A program made the translations under genes and the position numbers. DNA of 64,000 bases, taken from contig CAVTCR010000018.1 in assembly GCA_963733195.1 (NCBI GenBank), positions 1-64,000 on the forward strand. The letters run 5' to 3'. Position 1 is the first letter of the stretch; the number at the start of each line of letters is the position of its first letter. Below are positions 52,839-63,094 of this stretch, in pieces. The stretch is from an uncultured delta proteobacterium. Lineage in GTDB: Bacteria; Desulfobacterota; Binatia; Bin18. The notes under the pieces were generated by a model. That model had not been told where the DNA came from, searched no databases, and saw only the letters and a list, made by a program, of their open reading frames with translations.

Positions 52839-53804
52839 ATGTGGACCATGATCGGGTTCCCACGTCTTATCTCTTGCATCGCGACCCTGATCGCAGTGCT
52901 GCTGCTACTAGTGGGCGCGCGTCCTCTTGCCGTAGCTGCTGACGGCGGCCCGATCTTGATGGTGACCAGTCAGAAAACAGGACCATACAGAGACGTCATT
53001 ACCGGCTTCCGTCAGTATTTCGCTAGCTTGAACGGCACTATCGGTCTCATTGAGGAGCACTCTCTCCAAGGAGACAAAGATAAAGCCCGCGAGATATTCA
53101 AAGATGCCAAAGCACGGCACGCGCAGTTGATACTAACGGTAGGGTCTCTCGCGACGCAAGCGGCATTGCAAGAGGTCCCGGAGATCCCGACCGTTGCCAG
53201 TATGATTCTCAGTGCGGCAGAACTCGGCCAAAGTCCCAACGCCACCGGTGTGGTACTCGACTTTCCGCTTGAAACACAGCTCCAGTGGCTGCAAAAGATT
53301 GCGCCTCAATCAAAGACCGTCGGTGTTCTCTTCAATCCCAAAGAGAACGGCAGCAAAATCGACTCGGCGACTAAAGTCGCTCGCTCTCTTGGCCTGACAC
53401 TTCTCACCGGAGAAGTAGAGACGCCACAGGCCCTCCCAGATGCACTTGAGAACCTTGCGAAGCACGCCGAAATCTTGTGGGGAGTCACCGACCAGACAGT
53501 GCTCTCACCGCAAACAGCGGAGCCCATTCTCCTGTTCTCTTTTCGTCACCGTATTCCTTTTACCGGTTTGTCCACTTCATGGGCCAAGGCAGGGGCTCTT
53601 TATGCCCTTGATCGCGATTACAAAGACGTTGGTATGCAGTGCGGGGAAATAGCTGCGAAGATGCTCCGTGGAACCCCGGCAAGCGCGATTCCTCCGCTCT
53701 CGCCTCGAAAGGTATTCTATGCATTGAACTTAAAAACCGCCGAGCACATGAAAATGACAATTCCTCAACCGCTAATCGATGGCGCACAGCAGGTGTTCCG
53801 CTAG
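52839..53804 (+). CDS. periplasmic ABC-substrate-binding-like protein
   Basis: signal peptide; TGV.L, KTVGVLFNP, GALYAL..DY..G.Q.GE, LNLKTA. Confidence 0.82.
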   Translation: MWTMIGFPRLISCIATLIAVLLLLVGARPLAVAADGGPILMVTSQKTGPYRDVITGFRQYFASLNGTIGLIEEHSLQGDKDKAREIFKDAKARHAQLILTVGSLATQAALQEVPEIPTVASMILSAAELGQSPNATGVVLDFPLETQLQWLQKIAPQSKTVGVLFNPKENGSKIDSATKVARSLGLTLLTGEVETPQALPDALENLAKHAEILWGVTDQTVLSPQTAEPILLFSFRHRIPFTGLSTSWAKAGALYALDRDYKDVGMQCGEIAAKMLRGTPASAIPPLSPRKVFYALNLKTAEHMKMTIPQPLIDGAQQVFR

Positions 53805-53819
53805 GAGGTCGTGCGAGCT

Positions 53820-56800
53820 ATGAGTATCACTACTCGCATCGGTCTCATCACGAAGTTCAACCTCTTAGCGATTACACTGATTTTGTTAACCGCAATGGGG
53901 ATCGCCTTCGTTCAGATCCATCGTGAAAAAACCGCGAGCTACGAAACCCTCCTCCACCGGGGACGGCTCACTGTTGCCATGATCGCACAGAATAGTGAGT
54001 ATGCCATCTATACAGAGAATCAAGCCTCGCTGCGGAGAATTGTCGACAGCGTCAGAGTTGATTCCGATATCGCGTATGTCGCGGTTCTCAATAAAGAAAA
54101 AAATATCCTGCTTCTGGAGATCGCTGACTCGACTATCCAAATCCCACCATTTCCAGAGGAAACTCCAGGTCTCGACGCTACAACCTTGGCACGAGATATC
54201 ATCAGCCCCGGGAATCGTAAGTCATATATCGACCTCTCCACTCCCGTCATCACAACGGCACAAACAGACCCGATAGAACTGTTTCCGGAATCGCTTCCAA
54301 CTTCCGCCACTCCTCTTGTCATCGGATATGTCCAATTAGGATTGAGCCAAGACAGCCTTCGCAAGAACATTCAGGACTTTCTCATTTCTACCATCATCCT
54401 TACCCTCGTCATCGCCCTGATCGGTGTAATTGCAACCATTCTGCTTACGCAGCGTATCGCCTCGCCTATCCGAGCCTTAGTCCGCGCCACCCACGAAATT
54501 GCCGAGGGAAACTTAGATCAAGAAGTCGAGACAAAAAAGAATGACGAAATCAACGATCTCGCCACTGCCTTCAATACGATGCTGGCACGCTTACGCACGT
54601 CACGCGTAGAGGTCGAAAGTTATCAGCAGATGTTGGAGGCAAAAGTTGCGCACCGGACACAAGAATTGCAGGAGGCTACAGACAAAGCGTTTGCTTTAGC
54701 GCGACAGGCAGAGGAAGCAAGTCAGGCCAAATCCCAGTTTCTCGCCAACATGAGCCATGAAATCCGCACCCCGATGAATGGCGTGTTAGGCATGACCGAA
54801 TTACTGCTCGACAGCGGATTGAATGATAACCAGCACCGTTTTGCAGAGACCGTCCATCGATCTGGCGAAGCATTACTAGAGATCATTAATGATATTCTTG
54901 ATTTCTCTAAAATTGAAGCAGGGAAACTAACACTGGAGTCTTTCACATTCGATCTCCGCCAGATTGTTGAAGAAGTGATGGAGCTACTCGCGGAACGTGC
55001 CCATCGAAAAGGTTTGGAACTTGCCTACCTGATTCACAACGAGGTGCCAACCGCCCTCATCGGCGATCCCGGTCGTGTTCGTCAAATCCTGATAAATCTG
55101 ATCGGGAATGCTATTAAGTTTACCGAGCACGGAGAGGTCATCGTCGCAGTGCGGAAAATAGCTGTCACCTCTCAACCTGCGGATTTTTGCGGCTTACGAT
55201 TCTCTGTCCGTGATACTGGTATCGGCCTTTCTCCAGAAGCACAGGCTCGACTCTTTCAGGCATTCTCCCAGGCCGATAGCTCAACGACACGTAAGTATGG
55301 CGGCACAGGTTTGGGATTGGCGATTGCCAAACAACTTGTGCACCTGATGAACGGAGAGATTGGTGTAGATAGTGCTCCTGGACAAGGGTCAACTTTCTGG
55401 TTTACAGCGATCTTCGCCATACAGCCGGAGTCTATTACTATCCCACGTCCCGCCGTCAACTTTTCTGGTTTGCATGTCCTCATAGTTGATGATAACGCTA
55501 CCTGCCGCAACATCCTTCAGCATCAGCTCCGGACTTGGAATGCTTCCTGCGAGAGCACCGAAAGTGGCCCGCAAGCCCTCGACATTCTTCGCTCTGCTAT
55601 TACCCAAGGAACGGCATATGACCTCGTCATCCTTGACCTGCATATGCCTCTTATCACCGGTGAAGAGTTGGCACTGGCAATCAAAGAAGACCCGAAGCTT
55701 TCTGCATTGCCACTGCTCCTCCTTATCTCAGTCGGTCAGCGCAGTGATATCGAGGCTGGGCGCAGAGCTGGTGTGTCGGCATATCTGTCTAAACCACTTC
55801 GTCAAGCAGACCTTATTACCGCCCTCCAGACGGTAAAGAATGGAGAGGACAGTCGTCCATCAGTATCTGCAGAGGTAACGACTCAAGCCTCGCAGATGCC
55901 TCCCAGCAGATCTACGGTAAGGCCACGGTTCAATGCGCGGGTGCTTCTAACGGAAGATAATCTCGTCAACCAAGGAGTTGCACACACGATGCTCGAGGCA
56001 TTAGGGTGTCAGGTTGATATCGCTAACCATGGCCGGGAAGCTGTAGAAGCAGTGGAGCGTACGACGTACGATCTAGTCTTTATGGACTGTCATATGCCGG
56101 AGATGGACGGTTTTGAAGCGACTCGGCTGATCCGAGAACGCGAAGCTGCGGCAGCAAAACTACAAACTGGGAAAGATGAGCGCGGCACGATGAATAGGGA
56201 ACATCACAGCTCTAATTCAGCATTCAGTATTCAGTATTCAGCATTTTCCCGTGTTCCTATCGTTGCCCTTACGGCTAATGCCATGGAGAAAGATCGTCAA
56301 CACTGCCTTGATGCCGGAATGGACGATTACCTGAGCAAGCCGTTTTCACAAGAACAGTTAGCTACCGTCCTAGCTCGTCATCTCCCAACACATTCGCCCA
56401 CCGCAGAGTCACAAGTGGAAACGACCCAGGACGCCCCTCCCCCAGTGCAAGCCGAGCCATCGGCAAACGTTCAGGTTCTTGCTCATAATCACACAGAAAG
56501 TGAGCAATCTTCGCCAATCGATGCAGCCGCCTTGAATCAGATTCGTGCGCTCCAACGTCCGAATGCACCCAGTGTCATACATAAAATTATCAACAGCTAC
56601 CTTAAAGATGTCCCACAACTTCTCGAAGTGGCCCGGCAGGCAATCGCACAGAATGATTCCTCAACCTTGTACCGCACGGCGCACAACCTCAAATCTACCA
56701 GTGCCACATTAGGCGCACGGAACTTGGCTGCACTGTGTAAGGAACTAGAAGCCATAGGGCGGGCGCAGACCACAGCCAAAGCTGATATGTTGTTGATGGC

Positions 56801-56852
56801 AATCGAGCAGGAATACGCGCAGGTTCAAAATGCGCTCACAACAGAGTTATAA
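53820..56852 (+). CDS. hybrid histidine kinase (TM-HAMP-HisKA-HATPase-REC-REC-HPt)
   Basis: [28 protein letters not shown], two REC domains, AHNLKS HPt. Confidence 0.93.
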   Translation: MSITTRIGLITKFNLLAITLILLTAMGIAFVQIHREKTASYETLLHRGRLTVAMIAQNSEYAIYTENQASLRRIVDSVRVDSDIAYVAVLNKEKNILLLEIADSTIQIPPFPEETPGLDATTLARDIISPGNRKSYIDLSTPVITTAQTDPIELFPESLPTSATPLVIGYVQLGLSQDSLRKNIQDFLISTIILTLVIALIGVIATILLTQRIASPIRALVRATHEIAEGNLDQEVETKKNDEINDLATAFNTMLARLRTSRVEVESYQQMLEAKVAHRTQELQEATDKAFALARQAEEASQAKSQFLANMSHEIRTPMNGVLGMTELLLDSGLNDNQHRFAETVHRSGEALLEIINDILDFSKIEAGKLTLESFTFDLRQIVEEVMELLAERAHRKGLELAYLIHNEVPTALIGDPGRVRQILINLIGNAIKFTEHGEVIVAVRKIAVTSQPADFCGLRFSVRDTGIGLSPEAQARLFQAFSQADSSTTRKYGGTGLGLAIAKQLVHLMNGEIGVDSAPGQGSTFWFTAIFAIQPESITIPRPAVNFSGLHVLIVDDNATCRNILQHQLRTWNASCESTESGPQALDILRSAITQGTAYDLVILDLHMPLITGEELALAIKEDPKLSALPLLLLISVGQRSDIEAGRRAGVSAYLSKPLRQADLITALQTVKNGEDSRPSVSAEVTTQASQMPPSRSTVRPRFNARVLLTEDNLVNQGVAHTMLEALGCQVDIANHGREAVEAVERTTYDLVFMDCHMPEMDGFEATRLIREREAAAAKLQTGKDERGTMNREHHSSNSAFSIQYSAFSRVPIVALTANAMEKDRQHCLDAGMDDYLSKPFSQEQLATVLARHLPTHSPTAESQVETTQDAPPPVQAEPSANVQVLAHNHTESEQSSPIDAAALNQIRALQRPNAPSVIHKIINSYLKDVPQLLEVARQAIAQNDSSTLYRTAHNLKSTSATLGARNLAALCKELEAIGRAQTTAKADMLLMAIEQEYAQVQNALTTEL
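56175..56245 (+). repeat. heptamer repeat element in frame within REC domain
   Basis: ATTCAGC ATTCAGT ATTCAGT ATTCAGC preceded by GATGAGC..GATGAAT; encodes ...[24 protein letters not shown]... Confidence 0.7.
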
Positions 56853-56886
56853 ACGGAGCGCAGACCATTGGATCTCAACCGTAAAA

Positions 56887-56935
56887 AATTTTAAGTTTCA
56901 AGTTTCAGGTTCGTTAACGTTGAACCTTGAACGAA
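56887..56935. repeat. heptamer tandem-repeat palindrome
   Basis: AATTTTA AGTTTCA AGTTTCA GGTTC ... TTGAACC TTGAAC. Confidence 0.6.
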
Positions 56936-57027
56936 CTTTCCCCCCTAGACCACGTGTCCCTCCCACGCTATGTTTTTTGTCTCCATTGGCGGCACCCTGA
57001 GTCAATTTCTTAGATGCCGGCGCACTT

Positions 57028-57111
57028 GCGAGGATGGCGGAACTGGCAGACGCGCTAGTTTGAGGGGCTAGTGGAGTAAAATCCGTGGGGGTTCAAGTCC
57101 CCCTCCTCGCA
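57028..57111 (+). tRNA. tRNA-Leu(GAG)
   Basis: acceptor GCGAGGA/TCCTCGC, D loop GGAACTGGCAGAC, anticodon arm CTAGT-TTGAGGG-GCTAG, long variable arm, GGTTCAAGTCC; CCA not encoded. Confidence 0.95.
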
Positions 57112-57171
57112 CTTTTCGAGATCAACAGTCATCACCGTTCAACTCCGTTGTTCCCACTCGTTACGGCCACT

Positions 57172-57198
57172 GTAGAGACGCGACATGTCGCGTCTCTA
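57172..57198. repeat. GTAG-type REP palindrome
   Basis: GTAGAGACGCGACATGTCGCGTCTCTA. Confidence 0.7.
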
Positions 57199-57326
57199 TC
57201 AGTCATGAGAGAAGCGGACGCTGCATATGCCACGGCGTTTGTTGTTCGTAGGTACAGGCAACTCGCAACTCCAATAAAAACAATGAGAATTGACTCGTCA
57301 GAAGCGTTGTGAAACACAGGAAGGCT

Positions 57327-59939
57327 ATGAATTATGAACCGAACGGTATTACGTTGTCCCCCTCTGCCACAGATCGCGTGCTTTTCACCCTTGAGAATGG
57401 GCTTCGGGTCGTCATCCAGGAGGATCACTTCGCCCCTGTCGTGGCGATTCAGATGTGGGTCAAGGCAGGAAGCGCCGATGAAACCCCAGATGTCGCCGGA
57501 GCTGCCCATGTCCACGAACATATGATTTTCAAAGGCACGGCACGTCGTCCTGTGGGTGCTATTGCGGCAGAAGTGGAATCTTCTGGTGGAAACATTAACG
57601 CGTTTACGACTTCCGATCACACGGTTTATCATCTTGTGCTGGCGTCACGTTTTTTTGCCACAGGACTCGATATCATCGCCGACGCCCTACAGAACACTAC
57701 GTTCGATCCCCACGAACTGAGCAAAGAGCTGAATGTGGTAATGGAGGAATGGAAACGTAGCGAGGACTCGCCGACCTCACGGGCAGCAACCGAACTTTTT
57801 CGCTTAGCGTACGCGACGCATCCTTACGGACGTCCGGTGATCGGCTTTCGTGAAACGATCGAAGCCTTGAATCGCGAGCGCGTAGTCAATTTTTATCACC
57901 GTTGGTATCATCCCAATAACATGACGTTAGTCATTGTCGGGGATGTTGATATTGAAGCTACACGTCAGGAAGTACTCCGCCAGTTCGCAACAAGTAAAAT
58001 CTCCCCTCTCCCCACACGTCCTCGTACTCCAGAACCGCCACAAAAAGGGCTTCGCCTTTCTGTCCTCGATATGAATGTCGAGGAGTTCTACTTGTACCTC
58101 AGTTTTCCGATTCCACCCGCTGATCACAAAGATGTCTATGCGCTTGACCTGTTGAGCTACATCCTCGGTGGCGGAGAAAGTTCACGGCTTGTGCAAGATC
58201 TTCAGGCTGATAAAGAACTGGTGAACTGGATTGCCGCGCATGCCTACACGCCACAAGATTCTGGCCTTTTTATCGTCACCGCTGCATTGGAGCATGACAA
58301 AATCTCCACCGCGTTAGAGGAGATTTTTGCTGCCGTCTTTCGGGCTAAATATGAACTCGTCTCCGCTGCCGAACTCGCACGTGCACGCACCAACTTAGAG
58401 AGCGATTTCGTCTACCGCCGGGAAACCGTACAAGGACAGGCACGTCAGCTTGGCTATTTTCTCACGCTCTTCGACGATCCAGACTTTGATCGTCGCTACC
58501 TCGACGGACTCGCCAGTGTCACCAGACGAGATCTGCAAGACGTCGCACAGCGTTACTTGAATCCAGAGACCCTTTCAGTCGTGTTCCTTGGATCAACTGC
58601 TGAGACGACGCTCCCCTCCGCGCAGCAGATCCAATCCCTCTGTCAGCGGCTCGACCAGCCAGAACAGAAGCCGATTGCATCACCCTCGGTCCCATCAAAA
58701 CGCCGAGACGCTGAGGTATCAGTCACGACGCTTAGTAATGGTGTTCGGTTACTGGTGAAAGAGCATCATGAAGTTCCGGTGATGTCGATTCAGGCAGTCG
58801 TTCTAGGTGGTTTGTTGTTTGAGAGTGAGCAGAACACCGGCATTAATAATTTTCTTGCTGGCTTGCTCACGCGTGGGAGTGAACGTTTCTCTCGTCTCGC
58901 ATTGGCAGAGGCGGTCGAGTCGGTAGCCGGTAGTTTGCGCGGTTTCTCTGGTCGTAATAGCCTCGGTTTATCAGGCTCGTTTCTGACAACGTCGCGTGTC
59001 GATCACGCGCTCGACTTGTTTCTTGAAACGCTTTTGCATCCAACCTTCCCTGAAGACGAGGTCGAAAAACGGCGACGCGAAACCTTGCTCGCATTCAAAA
59101 ATCGCGAAGATGAGCTTTCACAAATTGCCTTTGACTTATTCTATTCGACCATCTTTACTGCTCATCCCTACCGCTTTCCCATCCTCGGTCATGAGGAGAG
59201 TGTCCGCACTCTCTCACGCAGCGAACTCGCTAGCTATTACACGACAGCCCTGAATCCAAAAAATCTGGTAATTAGTGTCGTTGGTGATGTTGACACATCA
59301 CAGATCGTCACTCAGCTTCGCGGTGCGTTAGAACTGATCCCACGTCCCTCTCACATCTTAGAGCTACCACCGCACGAACCGCGACCAACCTCCGGACGGC
59401 GGCAGCATAAAGAAGTCGATAAGCAGCAGGCGCATATCGTGCTTGGGTATCACGGCGTCTCGCTCTCACATGCAGACCGTTACGCGCTCAAAATTCTTGA
59501 CGCTGTGCTTTCGCGCCAAGGGGGGCGACTCTTCTACGAAGTGCGAGAGCAGCGTGCACTGGCCTACTCGGTCTCCGCCTTTAGTATGGAAGGAGTCGCA
59601 CCGGGAGTGTTTGGCATCTATTTAGGTACTGATCCTACCAAGGTTGATGAAGCCATCACTGCGGCACACAACGAACTCGACCGTGTACGAGAGGATCTCG
59701 TAGAGGGGCATGAAATCGAACAGGCGAAAAAATATCTCACGGGAAGTTATGAAATTTCCCTGCAATCAAATGGGGCTCAATCCGAAGAAATGGCGTTTAA
59801 TGAACTCTATGGGCTAGGCTACGATAATGGCCAACGGTATCTCGTTGCCTTGAACAAGGTCACAGGGGAAGATTTGCGGCGTGTTGCGCGCACCTATCTT
59901 GATCCGAATACAGAAACGTTAGTCGTCGTAGGAAAATGA
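57327..59939 (+). CDS. M16 family zinc peptidase (double-length)
   Basis: AHVHEHMIFKGT (HxxEH), NAFT, HPY, second TLSNG half. Confidence 0.92.
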   Translation: MNYEPNGITLSPSATDRVLFTLENGLRVVIQEDHFAPVVAIQMWVKAGSADETPDVAGAAHVHEHMIFKGTARRPVGAIAAEVESSGGNINAFTTSDHTVYHLVLASRFFATGLDIIADALQNTTFDPHELSKELNVVMEEWKRSEDSPTSRAATELFRLAYATHPYGRPVIGFRETIEALNRERVVNFYHRWYHPNNMTLVIVGDVDIEATRQEVLRQFATSKISPLPTRPRTPEPPQKGLRLSVLDMNVEEFYLYLSFPIPPADHKDVYALDLLSYILGGGESSRLVQDLQADKELVNWIAAHAYTPQDSGLFIVTAALEHDKISTALEEIFAAVFRAKYELVSAAELARARTNLESDFVYRRETVQGQARQLGYFLTLFDDPDFDRRYLDGLASVTRRDLQDVAQRYLNPETLSVVFLGSTAETTLPSAQQIQSLCQRLDQPEQKPIASPSVPSKRRDAEVSVTTLSNGVRLLVKEHHEVPVMSIQAVVLGGLLFESEQNTGINNFLAGLLTRGSERFSRLALAEAVESVAGSLRGFSGRNSLGLSGSFLTTSRVDHALDLFLETLLHPTFPEDEVEKRRRETLLAFKNREDELSQIAFDLFYSTIFTAHPYRFPILGHEESVRTLSRSELASYYTTALNPKNLVISVVGDVDTSQIVTQLRGALELIPRPSHILELPPHEPRPTSGRRQHKEVDKQQAHIVLGYHGVSLSHADRYALKILDAVLSRQGGRLFYEVREQRALAYSVSAFSMEGVAPGVFGIYLGTDPTKVDEAITAAHNELDRVREDLVEGHEIEQAKKYLTGSYEISLQSNGAQSEEMAFNELYGLGYDNGQRYLVALNKVTGEDLRRVARTYLDPNTETLVVVGK

Positions 59940-60957
59940 AACAGCCATCCCGAGTCCTGAGTGTAGAGTCCGAAGTCCGGAGCCTGAAGTCCGAAGTGCA
60001 AGATCAGTTTTCTTCTTCGACTCTGGAACTTGGACTCTTGACCCTAGACCTGCAGTTTCCTCGCCCCAATCCTGGCATTGCCTGTCTGTCTCTGTCCCAC
60101 ACGATACCGCAGAAGCAGTCGCCAATTTTCTTGTTGAGCTCGGCTCTGAAGGGGTTATCGAAGGGGAACGAGACTTAACGCAGCCAGCATCCCTCCTCAC
60201 CAAGGTCCAAGGGTTTTTTCCGCTCTCGTGGTCTCAGGAGGAGTTGCGCTCTACATTGGTTGTGTATCTTCAGCAACTTGCAGCCGAGTTTCCCTACCTC
60301 GGCCAACCGGAACCGCACATCTCAGAAATCACCAGTGACGCTTGGTCTGACCAATGGCGCGGCCATTTTCCACCCCTACCCGTCGGCCAAGGTTTTCTCG
60401 TGCTGCCACCATGGGAGTCACCCGCTGGATGGCCGGAACGAATTGCGCTCGTTATTAATCCGAGCATGGCGTTTGGCACCGGGCATCACGCCACAACGCA
60501 AGGATGTTTAGAAGCGATTGAAGATGTATGTCGCGAGTATGGGCCACCGCGGAACGCCTTGGATCTCGGTACCGGCTCCGGAATTTTGGCCATCGCCTTG
60601 GCAAAATTGGGAGCCCAAGAAATATGGGCAACAGACAACGACCCGATTGCCCTCAATGAGGCGCAGAAAAATGCGACAATAAATCAGACCGCTCAGTCCA
60701 TTCGGCTCAGTGACGCCTCGGTCGAATCCCTACCTCTTCCCTTTTCTTTTGTTGTGGGAAATTTGTTTTCTTCTACTCTTGTTGCTTTAGCTCCAGCTCT
60801 CCTAACCGCTGTCGCGCCTCAAGGGCATGCGATCCTTTCGGGTATTCAGCTTGACCAAGAAGCCGATGTTCTGGCAGCGTATGCTGCCCCGTTGTGGCAA
60901 TTAGTTACGCGTTACCCTAAAGACGAATGGGTCACCTTAGTCATCCAGCGAACGTAA
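59936..60957 (+). CDS. prmA: ribosomal protein L11 methyltransferase (5' end out of frame with ATG59936)
   Basis: W..LSV....AEAVANFL.ELG..G, PSMAFGTGHHATT, LDLGTGSGILAI, ILSGI; upstream of rsmE. Confidence 0.88.
59951..60050. repeat. heptamer tandem-repeat palindrome at the prmA 5' end
   Basis: GAGTCCT GAGTGTA GAGTCCG AAGTCCG GAGCCTG AAGTCCG ... TGGAACT TGGACTC TTGACCC TAGACC. Confidence 0.8.
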
Positions 60958-60971
60958 GTGGTTTTTCCCTT

Positions 60972-61026
60972 TTCACGCAACACGTATCACGCATCATTCT
61001 TCACTCTTCATTCTTAATTCTTCATT
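60972..61026 (+). repeat. heptamer tandem repeats
   Basis: TTCACGC AACACGT ATCACGC ATCATTC TTCACTC TTCATTC TTAATTC TTCATT. Confidence 0.75.
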
Positions 61027-61034
61027 ATTGCCCC

Positions 61035-61790
61035 ATGCGCCGTTTCTTCGTTCCAGCCACGCAGATCCATGATTCCCGCACTTTCATTAGTGGTGATGAA
61101 TTCCATCATTTGCGTAATGTCCTCCGGCTCCACGTAGGTGCTGAGATAACGCTATGTGATGATCAGGGAAAAGAATATCACGGAATGATTGTGGCACTGT
61201 CTTCAACCTCGGCAGAAATCGCTCTTCGTCACAGAGAGCGACTCTCTCCTCCACGCCTCCCTCTTACTCTTGCCCTTGGCCTATTGAAAGGTCAAAAGAT
61301 GGATCTGGTCATTGAAAAGGTGACCGAGTTAGGTGTTGATTGTGTCGTTCCTTTCACGTCCACATTCACGATTTCCCAACTGCCAACGGAACGGCAAAAC
61401 GAGCGGCTGTCTCGCTGGCAACGTATCGCCCAGAGCGCCGCGAAACAGTCAGGCAGTGTCATACCGCAGATACTCTCGCCCCAGACCTTTGAGCATCTCT
61501 GTGGCTCACAGCCACCGGACACGACCATGATCCTATTTTACGAACGTGAGCGAGAGGACACACTCAAAGCATTTGCTACCGAGCATCTCCATGTCTCTTC
61601 GCTGTGTATCATCGTGGGTCCAGAAGGTGGATTCGCGCCAGAAGAGATCGAGCTGGCACGCCGAGGAGGAATTCACATCCTTGGGCTCGGAGCACAGATC
61701 TTACGTGCAGAAACAGCAAGTATCGTCGCGGTTGCGTTGTGCCGATTCCTCTGGGATGGCGCAACAGTTCCCCCCTTGCTCCAGCGCTGA
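61035..61790 (+). CDS. rsmE: 16S rRNA m3U1498 methyltransferase
   Basis: HHLRNVLR, EKVTELGV, AAKQS, IVGPEGGF, LG..ILRAETA. Confidence 0.93.
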   Translation: MRRFFVPATQIHDSRTFISGDEFHHLRNVLRLHVGAEITLCDDQGKEYHGMIVALSSTSAEIALRHRERLSPPRLPLTLALGLLKGQKMDLVIEKVTELGVDCVVPFTSTFTISQLPTERQNERLSRWQRIAQSAAKQSGSVIPQILSPQTFEHLCGSQPPDTTMILFYEREREDTLKAFATEHLHVSSLCIIVGPEGGFAPEEIELARRGGIHILGLGAQILRAETASIVAVALCRFLWDGATVPPLLQR

Positions 61791-61820
61791 AGAATGCCAT
61801 AGCATGCCGCACTGAACACA

Positions 61821-61892
61821 TAAAACGTAAAGCGTGAAACGTGATGCGGGATTCCGGCACTCTCTGGTTACGTTTTACGTCTCACGTTTTAT
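61821..61892. repeat. heptamer tandem-repeat palindrome (ACGT core)
   Basis: AAAACGT AAAGCGT GAAACGT ... TTACGTT TTACGTC TCACGTT. Confidence 0.8.
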
Positions 61893-61942
61893 GCCACGGG
61901 ATTCAACGATCTCTGCAAATTTCTTAACCGAGGGCAATACCC

Positions 61943-62905
61943 ATGCGCTTCGCCTTTATCATGGACCCGATTCAGAACGTGTTAATCGATAAAGACACAA
62001 CGTTTGTATTTATGCTGGAGTCTCAAGTCCAGGGCCATGAGGTATGGTACCTCGAAATGCGTGATCTCTTCGTCCACCGCTCACGAGCGATGGGACGTGC
62101 GCGCCACATTGAACTCCGACGAGAGCTTGGTAACCATTTCACTTTTCATGGGGAAGCAACGGAACCGCTTGGCGCGTTTGACGCAGTGTTCATGCGCAAA
62201 GACCCACCGTTTGACATCGCGTATTTGCACGCCACTCAGTTCCTCGACCTCGCCCAAAACGATGGGGCCTTTGTCATGAATAATCCGGCGGGATTACGCG
62301 CAGCCAACGAAAAACTCTTTGCGTTGAACTTCCCCAGCGTTATTCCCGCAACCTTAGTGTCACAAGATGCGCAACGGATCAAAGCGTTTATGGACGAACT
62401 CGGCGGAGAAATGATCATTAAGCCGGTCGATGGTCACGGCGGGTTTGGAATTTTCTATGGTCACCGCGATGATCGCAACATAAACTCATTGATAGAAACC
62501 ATGACCCATGAAGGGCGTGAACCAATTATTGCTCAGCAGTATATCCCCGAGGTCCGACAAGGAGATAAACGGTTAATCATGCTAAATGGCGCTCCCCTAG
62601 GATGTACGCTTCGAGTCCCACGAGCAGATGAGCATCGCGGCAACATCCATGTCGGCGGCACCTGCGTGAAAGCCGAGATCACCGCACGAGATCGCGAGAT
62701 TTGTCGCGAGGTCGGACCACGGCTACGACAGGAAGGACTTTACTTCGTCGGTCTCGACATCATTGGCGACTATCTTACCGAAGTGAACGTCACCAGCCCA
62801 ACAGGAGTGCAGGAGATCAACGCGCTGAATGGCGTCAAGCTTGAAACCCAAGTCATTGAGTTTGTCGAGCGGCAGGTGGAAGAACGGAAGCGTGGCCGAG
62901 TATAA
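61943..62905 (+). CDS. gshB: glutathione synthetase
   Basis: MDPI..KDTT, MRKDPPFD, NEKL, GDKR, R.N...GG, EVNVTSPTG. Confidence 0.95.
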   Translation: MRFAFIMDPIQNVLIDKDTTFVFMLESQVQGHEVWYLEMRDLFVHRSRAMGRARHIELRRELGNHFTFHGEATEPLGAFDAVFMRKDPPFDIAYLHATQFLDLAQNDGAFVMNNPAGLRAANEKLFALNFPSVIPATLVSQDAQRIKAFMDELGGEMIIKPVDGHGGFGIFYGHRDDRNINSLIETMTHEGREPIIAQQYIPEVRQGDKRLIMLNGAPLGCTLRVPRADEHRGNIHVGGTCVKAEITARDREICREVGPRLRQEGLYFVGLDIIGDYLTEVNVTSPTGVQEINALNGVKLETQVIEFVERQVEERKRGRV

Positions 62906-63094
62906 ATCCAGGAGGTCATCATAAGATAAGGAGAATAGCAAACGCACTAATGCACAACGCAGTTCCGTTCAACCGGCTTTATTCGCCTTGCGGCGAGCAG
63001 ACCAGGGAGTGTGCCTCCTGTGGCACTGTAGGACGGATTAAATCCTTGGCGTTCGGCCCATCTCATAACAGACTGATCGTCAACGAGGTACACC

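Noticed and set aside
57028-57111. tRNA-Leu as integration site of an island
   Set aside because: No duplicated tRNA 3' end or intact integrase seen; downstream genes look like core genes
3990-60000. Widespread pseudogenisation or programmed frameshifting in many genes (RND permease, acyl-CoA dehydrogenase, cyclase, STAND, UbiA, DUF1772, GNAT)
   Set aside because: Scattered single-base shifts in otherwise intact genes without accumulated stops fit long-read indel error better
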